DNA from: Octopus sinensis
Taxonomy: Eukaryota
Direction: 5' to 3'
Assembly: GCF_006345805.1 (NCBI RefSeq)
Contig: NW_021826668.1
Span: forward strand, 1 to 12,216
Length of the DNA stretch: 12,216 nucleotides
How positions within the stretch are numbered: position 1 is the first letter of the stretch; the number at the start of each line of letters is the position of its first letter. The translations under genes and the position numbers were made by a program. Below are positions 1-7,535 of the stretch, one piece after another. The notes under the pieces are model-generated. The model was not told where the DNA came from. It worked only from the letters and a program-made list of their open reading frames with translations, and searched no databases.

Positions 1-12
1 ACATTTTCCTTA

Positions 13-306
13 TAGCGCCTTATGGATGTAATCAATTGAACTTCATGTTCGTTTCTCAATGTTTTTTAGGAGGTCGTTTTCAATTTTAGTTAACTTAACC
101 ACAATGTCTTCTTTGTCATTGAATCATTGGATTCTACTTCATTGATTCTACTTCAGCTTCTACTTTTTCTTCATTTTTTATATTTTCAATATCCTCAACG
201 TCTTGAAATGTATCATTTTCAGAATATTCAAAATTAAGAAATTCTTCTTCGACTTCTAAGGATCAAAAATGTCAGTTTTTTCTACTGCAATATCTTGAAC
301 TTCAAC
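13..306 (-). pseudogene. pogo transposase acidic C-terminal tail
   Basis: In frame with the 4073-4174 piece after removing the Tc1 and one TA: (NHV)VEVQDIAVEKTDIFDP. After single-base frameshifts it continues LEVEEEFLNFEYSENDTFQDVEDIENIKNEEKVEAEVES...NDKEDIVVKL. The exact stop position is uncertain. Confidence 0.7.
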
Positions 307-308
307 TA

Positions 309-526
309 CAGTGGTCAAATTAGTCTTGGGACACTTGTTTATTTTTAATAAAATTTTATTTTCTATAAATACTGTTTTCATTTAATTTTTTCCAAAAGTA
401 TAAAAGTGCACCTAGTTTTTTTACATCATAGATCATTAAAAAAATTAAAAAAGAAGTTTAATTTATAGAAAATTTTTTCATTTAGATCCAAGGCTGGAAT
501 ATCAAAGGCCAATTAGTCTTGGGACA
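309..526 (+). repeat. Tc1 left long imperfect inverted repeat with outer and inner direct repeats
   Basis: AATTAGTCTTGGGACA occurs at 318-333 and 511-526. The sequence between them aligns imperfectly with the reverse complement of 3851-4072. Confidence 0.88.
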
Positions 527-658
527 GTTTGGTATTTATTTACTTTTTGATAAAATAATTGGATTTATCTGCATATCGATCAATGAAATTATACTAATTT
601 CGAATACATTCGTATATTTAAACGATTATTAACATCATTTTCAATTAATATTTTGTAC

Positions 659-1089
659 ATGCCTAAGCGAAAGGAACATTCAGAAGACATAAAAAATCTT
701 ATACTTCTGGAATATAATGCAGGAAAATCAATCCGAAAAATTTCCGAAAGTGTTCATATTCCAAAGAGTACAGTATGGAACATTATCAATAAATGGAAAT
801 TATTAAAAACTACCAAAAATAAGCCAAGATCAGGACAACCGAAAAAAATATCATCTCGATCAATTTCCATAATTAGACGAAAAGTGCTTAATAATCCGAG
901 ATTGTCTCGTAAACAACTCTCTACTTACTTGGGCGAGGTAGGATCGCCAGTATGCTCACAGACTGTTACAAATGCCCTAAGAATAGATGGGTTCCATAAA
1001 TATCGTCCACGTAAAGTTCCGCTGCTTACTAAAAAAAACGTCCATGCACGGTTAAAATATGCCAAAAAAATTTACTCAAGACGACGACT
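659..1089 (+). pseudogene. Tc1 transposase, N-terminal paired-like HTH DNA-binding region
   Basis: ATG at 659: MPKRKEHSEDIKNLI...IPKSTVWNIINKW...RSGQPKKIS...RKVPLLTKKNVHARLKYAKK. One extra A in the run at 1064-1070 gives NLLKTTT up to the Helitron junction. The ORF track's extension beyond 1089 is read-through into the Helitron. Confidence 0.93.
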
Positions 1090-1156
1090 TCTTAATAATA
1101 AAATTGTAATGGTTGTGTCTTCTGTCTGTGTGTGCACACCAACTTCAAATTGGCAA

Positions 1157-1757
1157 TACGATGTCCTCGACTTACATGATGAGGTCCTTAAAACCTTCCC
1201 CCCAAAAAAAATTAAAAAAAAATTTTCTGCATTTTGGTTAAAATGAACAACTACGATGTCCTCGACTTACATGATGAGGTCCTTAAAACCTTCCCCCCAA
1301 AAAAAAATTAAAAAAAAATTTTCTGCATTTTGGTTAAAATGAACACTACGATGTCCTCGACTTACATGATGAGGTCCTTAAACCTTCCCCCCAAAAAAAA
1401 ATTAAAAAAAATTTTCTGCATTTTGGTTAAAATGAACAACTACGATGTCCTCGACTTCATGATGAGGTCCTTAAAACCTTCCCCCCAAAAAAATTAAAAA
1501 AAATTTTCTGCATTTTGGTTAAAATGAACAACTACGATGTCCTCGACTTACATGATGAGGTCCTTAAAACCTTCCCCCCAAAAAAAAATTAAAAAAAATT
1601 TTCTGCATTTTGGTTAAAATGAACAACTACGATGTCCTCGACTTACATGATGATGTCCTTAAACCTTCCCCCCAAAAAAATTAAAAAAAAAAATTTTCTG
1701 CATTTGATTAAAATGAACAACGTTAATGTCCTCGACATTCATGATGAGGTCCATTAA
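1157..1757. repeat. Minisatellite of ~95-bp units (six full units plus one degenerate partial unit) inside the Helitron
   Basis: The unit TACGATGTCCTCGACTTACATGATGAGGTCCTTAAAACCTTCCCCCC(A)nTT(A)nTTTTCTGCATTTTGGTTAAAATGAACAAC starts at 1157, 1252, 1347, 1441, 1533, 1628 and (degenerate) ~1722. Confidence 0.97.
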
Positions 1758-2092
1758 AAATCTCACGTATTAAGAATATCCTTGATGAAAACGACAGCGA
1801 GAATATTAAAAATGATGAACTCCCAATTATTCGCGATAAAGAAATTCAATTCATCTTATGATTTTCTCTTTAAAATTAAATGCATATACCATTCAAAATA
1901 AAACCTATTATCATATTTGACTTGACAGAATGTGCAATTACAGATTGCACGACCTTGAATAGAGTGTGCAATTAACAGATTTTGAAAAACACTTTGATAG
2001 TTGAAACCACATTAGCAAAATCATTAACACAATTTACCACCAATTGACAGCGCAATCAGAAGAATTTGCGTAAAAATATTAACTATTTAGTT

Positions 2093-2327
2093 AAGTTTTT
2101 CGTAAAGATAGAATTTTTTTCGGTATGCCTCTTTTCCTAAACTTTTTTATTATTCAAAAATAATTTTTTCAATAGATAACTGAAGGAGGGAAGACGACCT
2201 TAAGAAAAGAAGTTTTTCGTAAAGATAGAATTATTTTCTGTATGCCTCTTTTTTTCTAATATTTTTTATTATTCAAAAATAATTTTTAAATAGATAACCG
2301 AAGGAGGAAAAACGAAGCTGAAGAAAA
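2093..2327. repeat. Two-copy ~117-bp tandem duplication inside the Helitron
   Basis: AAGTTTTTCGTAAAGATAGAATT...TATGCCTCTTTT...TTATTCAAAAATAATTTTT...TAGATAAC(T/C)GAAGGAGG starts at 2093 and again at 2210. Confidence 0.92.
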
Positions 2328-2680
2328 AACGGTCAGCTTAAGGTAATTAAATCTTTTTTGTGTGTCGCTTTTTTGGCTGCTGCTACTCTGCCTGCCGCAT
2401 CTCCCGCCTCCGCATCTCCGGCTGCCCCATCTCCGCCAGTGGTTTGTCTAATCAAGGTCACTAAGCTAAATCTCCGGACTATAAAGGCTCTTAAGCATTA
2501 TCTTAACTGGCTGTTAAAAAAATTAGACAGGTTGTTGCCGTGGCGGCAGAGATTTTTTTTGTTTAACTTTTTTACAAATTTTTAAAGTTTTTTTTGTTTT
2601 TTCATTTCTTTTGTTTTTAAATTATTTATTTTATTTGTTTTTTTTTTATTTTTTTTGTTATTTTCTACAAATTCAACCGG

Positions 2681-3143
2681 ATTGAATTTTTAAACTCCTT
2701 AGATCCCTCTGGAATGCCGAATCATCTTTTAAAGTTAAAGATAGGCGTTCCAGTGGTTTTATTACGAAATCTTGCGCCACCTAAATTATGCAACGGAACG
2801 AGGTTAGTTATCAAAAATTTGATGGCTAACGTAATAGAGGCGACGATATTCACAGGTAAGTATAGAGGTGAGGATGTTTATATTCCACGAATTCCGATAA
2901 TTTCTGATGAATTACCATTTAGATTTAAAAGGCTGCAATTTCATTTGAGGATGAGTTTTGCAATGACAATAAACAAGGCCCAGGGACAGTCATTAAAGGT
3001 AGTTGGGTTATTTTTAGAGAGTGAGTGCTTTTAACATGGACAGCTGTATGTGGGATGCTCGAGGGTAGGCAGAAGAGAAATTTATTCATATATGCAAAGG
3101 AAGGACGGACGACAAACATCGTTATCAACAGGCGATAGAATAG
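2681..3143 (+). pseudogene. Helitron RepHel PIF1-family helicase C-terminal fragment
   Basis: [31 protein letters not shown]...LCNGTRL...IPRIP...FKRLQF...[14 protein letters not shown]...CF*HGQLYVGCSRV. There is a premature TAA at 3032-3034. Later frameshifts recover NLFIYAKEGRTTNIVYQQAIE*. Confidence 0.95.
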
Positions 3144-3255
3144 GGTTACATTAAACCAGGTAGTTTTATACATCTACATAAACTTATAATTGTTTGATGA
3201 AACAGGCCCTCCGCAGGAGCTAGGTCGCGGTGAGCGAAGCGAGCTGCCGAGCTAG

Positions 3256-3844
3256 TTCTAATATAATATTATTTGGTCAGATGAGACAAAGATAGAAATT
3301 TTTGGGCAGAATTATACAAGCTACGTGTGGCGTAAATCAAAAGATGAATATCGCCCAAAAAATACCATACCAACAGTTAAACATGGCGGGGGCAGTATTA
3401 TGCTATGGGGGTGTTTTTCTTCTTGGGGAGTTGGGGAACTTCATGTAATAGACGGAATATTGAATGCTTCTATATACTGTGATATTTTGGAAAAAAATAT
3501 TTTTTCGTCAATTGAGAAATGTGGTATTGTGGGAAATTGGACATTTCAACAGGACAATGATCCGAAACATACTGCAAAAAAAACTCAAAAATGGCTAGAA
3601 GAACATTTAATTAATATCCTTGAATGGCCAAGTCAGTCCCCAGATCTAAATCCGATTGAAAATCTTTGGAAGAATTAAAAGCCAAAGTATGGGCACATAA
3701 TCCAAAAAATATCACGGAATTAAAATCATTTGTTTCGAAGAATGGAATAAAATTCCCGTAGAAACTTGTAAAAAGCTTGTGAGCAATTATAAAAATCGTT
3801 TAAATGCAGTTTTGGAGAATAAAGGATACTTTACAAAGTATTAA
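3256..3844 (+). pseudogene. Tc1 transposase, DD34E catalytic domain
   Basis: F*YNIIWSDETK...TVKHGGGSIMLWGCF...FQQDNDPKH...WPSQSPDLNPIENLW, with 34 residues between D and E. Single-base frameshifts at 3670-3671 and 3729-3731 restore KELKAKV...EEWNKIP...NKGYFTKY*, with TAA at 3842-3844. Confidence 0.95.
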
Positions 3845-3850
3845 GGGATT

Positions 3851-4072
3851 TGTCCCATGACTAATTAGCATTTGATTTTATGACTGTTTGTTTAAAATGT
3901 CAAAATTTTCTTAAAATAAATGGATTTTGGATTATTTTTAAATGTTTTATTATGTAGAAAACTCTGTTTCATTTTTTAGCCTTTAGAAAAAATTAAAGAA
4001 AAACAGCCATGTTAAAGAAAATAAAAATTTAATTAAAAATAACAAGTGTCCCAAGACTAATTTGACCCACTG
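3851..4072 (-). repeat. Tc1 right long imperfect inverted repeat with inner and outer direct repeats
   Basis: TGTCCCATGACTAATT at 3851-3866 (one mismatch to the left DR) and TGTCCCAAGACTAATT at 4047-4062. Confidence 0.88.
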
Positions 4073-4174
4073 TACATGATTCTTTTTGAATGGGTTACTT
4101 AAAATTCCGAAACAATTTGCAATCGTTTTTTCAGACACATCTTCCCAAGCCATTTTTACGAAAATTACAGTATC
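4073..4174 (-). pseudogene. pogo transposase middle fragment between the hAT and Tc1 insertions
   Basis: Removing the hAT and one TSD gives ...KKLTLK-DTVIFVKMAWEDVSEKTIANCFGILSNPFKKNHV. This contains the AWxxVxxxTIxNCF motif typical of pogo/Tigger transposases. Confidence 0.88.
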
Positions 4175-4182
4175 CTTTAGAG

Positions 4183-5148
4183 CAGGGGTCGGCAGGATTT
4201 TTGTCTTCGCGGGCCAAAATTTTATTTTTGTATGCGATCCGGGCCAAACGAGAAAAAATCCTTATCGGTCACAAAAATAAGGCAACGCTTGCACATTGCG
4301 ATCTTTCTTTATCAAGTTTTTTTTACAACTTTCTTACGAAATAAAAATTTATCAGTTAAAAATGATTATAAAGAAGTGAATTTATTTTACTCATTAATCT
4401 GACTAGTTGCTAAACGTAATATATCGTTAAGATGTGAATCGGTAATCCTCGTTCTCAGACAATTTTTTACATTATTCATTTTAGAGAATAACTGTTCACA
4501 TAAAAATGTGCTTCCAAATATACAAGCCATTTTCTTTTATAAATTCTCCGTCTGAAAATGGTTTCATTCGTTTCGCAATTATCTTTGAAATTTCGTAACT
4601 TGTACGTGTGATATCATCTTTTTCACAACTCAAATTATAAAAAAATGTTGTTTGCTTTTGGTAATTTGTTCGAGTCTCTTAATTTCCTTTATGCGAGATT
4701 CTCCTGTAAACTTGCTGAATTTTTCGTAATGTCGAGTTTCATAATGTCGTTGATGTTATAAATTTTTTTGACAGCAACTTTTTCGAAACATATTAAGCAT
4801 ATAGGTTTTCCATAATCCTCAATAAGAAATATTCATGAGTCCAATCTGGATTAAACGTACGGGTTTGAAGATCTTTAGTTCTTTTCGAACAATTCTGCAT
4901 TCAAATTCACCACACAAAATTATTAACACGTTTATAAATTTATTTAATTTTTAATAATAGATAAAATGTATGTATAAATCTATATTACTAAAAGCCTAGT
5001 ACTTTACTAAATTTGCCCGCGGGCCATGTTAGTTGGAAAAATTTGTCGGCGGGCCAATTTCCCTTAGTATTATAAAATTTGTTCGCGGGCCATTTTTAAA
5101 TCTTCCTGGGCCTAATTTTGCCCGCGGGCCGCGATTTGCCGACCCCTG
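4183..5148 (-). mobile_element. Internally deleted hAT transposon, Buster/SPIN/Charlie-like (966 bp)
   Basis: Perfect 12-bp TIR CAGGGGTCGGCA at 4183-4194 and 5137-5148. Perfect 8-bp TSD CTTTAGAG at 4175-4182 and 5149-5156, with the central TA typical of the Buster subfamily. GGGCC subterminal motifs occur at both ends. Confidence 0.96.
4387..4900 (-). pseudogene. hAT transposase remnant: N-terminal BED-like zinc finger joined to the C-terminal dimerisation motif
   Basis: ATG at 4900. With three 1-nt homopolymer corrections it reads MQNCSKRTKDLQTRTFNPDWTHEYFFIEDYGKPICLICFEKVAVKKIYNIKRHYETRH...SYEISKIIAKRMKPFSDGEFIKE. It then jumps near 4530 to MACIFGSTFLCEQLFSKMNNVKNCLRTRITDSHLNDILRLATSQINE*, with TAA at 4387-4389. 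Confidence 0.9.
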
Positions 5149-6174
5149 CTTTAGAGTTAACTTTTTGTAGGAACTGTATACTGAAATATTTTGCTGTTCC
5201 AACAAATCAGTCAAATACATTAACTTGTGTCGAGTAAAATGTGTTTTAAATGTTTTTATTATACCCAAATCCATAGGTTGAATAAGACCAGTACTATTTG
5301 GAGGAAAAAACAATATTTTTATGTTATCCAAATTTGATGGAACACAATGTGAAGGACAATTGTCCATGAGAAGTAAAATTTGCTTTTTTTCATTTTTGAG
5401 ATGGTAATCAAAGTTTAATAGCCAGTTAGTAAAAATTGTTCCTGTCATCCAAGCTCGTTTTGAGCTATAATAATCAATGAAACATTTATAGTCATAAGAT
5501 TTAAAGCATCTTGGCATTTTAGGTTTCGATCTTTGAAATTTTTATATCCTTGAAATCTGTTTTCTACAATACTCTTCGAAGGAATCAGCTTGTAATACAA
5601 TCCCGTTTCGTCCAAGTTATAAATTTGATCGGCATTATAACTCTTTGATATTTCTATGAATTTTTCGATAAATAAGTCGACATCTACTGGATCATTAGTT
5701 CTCATTTCTCCATGTAACTTGGTCATTCGAAAACCATGCCTCTTTTTGAATTTATGAAGGTATCCATTTGAGTTTTTAAAATTATCCAGTTTTAATTCAG
5801 CTGCGAATAAATTAGCCTTATTTGAAATTAAAGCATCATTAAGAAAGCCACCTTATCATAAATTAGTACAAATTAGCTTTAGACTCAATCGAATCCATCC
5901 ATTCAACTAACGTAGCATCAAGCTGTGGGAACTTGAGTCTATGCGCATTTTTTGAAAATAGATTTTGTTTTTTACACACTTTGAGAAAAAAATCTTTTTT
6001 CAAAATAATATTATTAATTGTTTTTCTGGAAATCTTCTTTTTAAACAAATGGGAAAATCTATCAGCCAAATACTGACATGAAACATCTTCATTTTGATTT
6101 TTAAAAGTTAAAATCTCTATTTTTTGATAAAAGTGAGACGAGTATTAATTACCACGAGAATTGTTCGAAGACAT
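5149..6174 (-). pseudogene. pogo-family transposase, N-terminal CENP-B-like HTH plus DDD catalytic core (DD30D)
   Basis: ATG at 6174, then QKIEIL...KISRKTINNII and KFPQLDATLVEWMDSIESK|GGFLNDALISNKA...KFKKRHG. Catalytic motifs are NLDETG, LLMDNCPSH and QPMDLGII, with 30 residues between the 2nd and 3rd D. Lesions: a stop or frameshifts near 6145, a 25-nt intron-like insert at 5852-5876, and a deletion after KDR near 5526. Confidence 0.92.
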
Positions 6175-6229
6175 AAAAAACTGAAATTTTATTAATTTGC
6201 AAATTATATAAAATATATTTTAAAATTTA

Positions 6230-6352
6230 TGGTCAATTTGAGAATTGGCCACTTTCAATGGAAATTCGAATTTTTCTTAAGATAATTTTATAAGTGTGGT
6301 CAATTTCAGAGGTGCCCAATTTCAGAGGTGGCCAATTTCAGAGGAGTCACTG
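6230..6352 (-). repeat. pogo terminal and subterminal 16-bp direct repeats (probable transposase-binding sites)
   Basis: TGG(T/C)CAATTTCAGAGG-like units at 6297-6312, 6313-6328 and 6329-6344, plus two degenerate units at 6230-6245 and 6246-6261. Confidence 0.85.
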
Positions 6353-6533
6353 TACTTAATAACTTAATAGAGAACAAAATAAAAAAGAGGCAAAGTACTT
6401 ATGGTTTTTTAATTAAAACACTAAAGCAGGAAATGCTAAAAAATTATTATTACAGTTACTTAACATTACGATAAAAAATAAACAAAATTAATCTATAGCC
6501 AAAAAAATAAAAAGCCCAAAACTAAAAAATTAA

Positions 6534-7535
6534 TTATCTTTTTAAAAATTGTTTAAATGCGGCTGAAGTTGCCTCATGAACATCACTTGGTCCCTTATCT
6601 TTCAACAAATCCGAATAGTTTATATACTCCAAAGTCTCCGAATTAATAAAAAATTCCTTTTTATACTAAACAATTTATCACTAAAATATACTTTTTTTCA
6701 TTTCACTAGGATTTATATAAGTAAATGTTTCTGTAAAAGACTCTGTCGGTTTATTAGCGATCAATTCCTGGGTCTTTGTGCTTGTCCCGGTTATCCAAAC
6801 TTGCTGGGTTTTGTGGTATCTCCAATTCCTACGAAATCTAAACAACTTTGACAGCTCTAAACTACAATTCAATGCTTGTATTCACATGGAGTTCATTTTG
6901 AGTGTTCAAATAAAACATAAGTGCCAAAGTTGTGTCACTGTGTCTTCCCAACTTCAACGGCGGGACCTATTTTTAACAAAAAAATGTCAAAATACCATTT
7001 CTTTAATTTTTTTGCTGTAGTAACATGGTTGGAGAATCATTTCTAACATACAAATATATAAATACCAGTTCCCTCGACAAAACAGTCCCTGGATGAATCA
7101 TTCCAATCCAAATTACTTAAATAATTAATTTTAAATACTTGTAGGGGATTGAATCGAAATCTTCTTTATCAAACCCTTGAAATTGTTCAGTTCCTGTTTC
7201 TTGAGATTCTTCGACTAATTTTTTTAAATTTGCAAATTTTTCGAATGTATTTTGACTGATGGATGGCTTATTTGGGTTAGAGCTTTTCATTTTTTCGTCT
7301 TTGGTGTATTGGTCGTGAAATTGGAGCTGTTGGTCATGAAATAAATAGTTTTTTACTTGTAGGAGTTCTTTCTAGTTCGTCTCGTAATTCATGGAACCAT
7401 CGGCTATTATTAGTTAATGTTTATAGTACCTTTGGTTTCTTTTTCCTTTAATATTCTTGGTTTTTTGGTCAGTATTCTCACTGTTCGTAGAAGGCTATTA
7501 TTTTAGGCTATATAATGACCTACATGATTTGACAT
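6534..7535 (-). CDS. NOT2: NOT2/CNOT2-like CCR4-NOT subunit (NOT2/3/5 domain), 9 exons and 8 micro-introns, ~261 aa
   Basis: Exons: 7535-7524, 7494-7430, 7403-7357, 7326-7139, 7115-7066, 7042-6996, 6966-6866, 6837-6692, 6665-6534. The spliced C-terminal half ILQPCYYSKKIKEMVPPLKLGRHSDTTLALMFYLNTQNELHVNTSIELFRRNWRYHKTQQVWIT...MKKYKKEF matches the NOT-box pattern I recall for CNOT2 (IKLGRY...ELFNRDWRYHK...VWIT...KEF). One A must be removed from each of the runs at 7369-7371 and 6692-6698. The 5' exons are less certain. Confidence 0.82.

Larger units (their letters stand above)
1090..3255 (+). mobile_element. Non-autonomous, internally deleted Helitron
   Basis: Starts TCTTAATAATAAAA and ends with a GC-rich hairpin plus CTAG (3252-3255). 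There is no TSD. It contains a PIF1 helicase C-terminus, and its removal rejoins the Tc1 reading frame. Confidence 0.9.
309..4072 (+). mobile_element. Tc1-family DNA transposon (DD34E, IR/DR type), split by a Helitron
   Basis: Flanked by TA at 307-308 and 4073-4074. The left end CAGTGGTCAAATTAGTCTTGGGACACTTGTTTATTTTTAAT matches the reverse complement of the right end, CAGTGGGTCAAATTAGTCTTGGGACACTTGTTATTTTTAAT. Confidence 0.96.
1..6352 (-). mobile_element. pogo/Tigger-like DNA transposon (copy 1), interrupted by hAT and Tc1 insertions; its 3' end lies left of the window
   Basis: The minus-strand terminus CAGTGACTCCTCTGAAATTGG starts at 6352, next to TA (6353-6354). Transposase pieces lie at 6174-5149, 4174-4073 and 306-~13, and they join in frame when the inserts are removed. 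No matching second TIR was found in the window. Confidence 0.9.

Noticed and set aside
653-1246. 197-aa ORF as an intact gene
   Set aside because: It is a chimera: the Tc1 N-terminus frameshifts near 1070 and reads through into the Helitron 5' end and the first repeat unit. The real start is the ATG at 659.
1157-1757. CRISPR-like array
   Set aside because: The units are contiguous near-identical tandem copies with no unique spacers, there are no cas genes, and the context is eukaryotic.
4086-4344. Plus-strand ORFs of 64 and 84 aa
   Set aside because: They are antisense to the pogo fragment, cross the hAT junction and show no motif.
5029-5148. C-terminal QGSANRGPRAKLGPGR... of the 162-aa ORF as part of the pogo protein
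   Set aside because: This is read-through into the hAT TIR and subterminal repeats. The true continuation is at 4174.
6116-6151. Possible 36-nt GT-AG intron near the pogo start that would remove the early stop
   Set aside because: It would delete the RLTxxQKI motif expected at the start of the CENP-B-type HTH and is longer than the host introns. Small homopolymer indels explain the region better, though the intron is not excluded.
6576-7020. Plus-strand ORFs of 91 and 80 aa, and a KPSKFG piggyBac-like word on the minus strand
   Set aside because: These are shadow frames of the spliced NOT2 gene. The KPSKFG frame is full of stops and has no other piggyBac motif.
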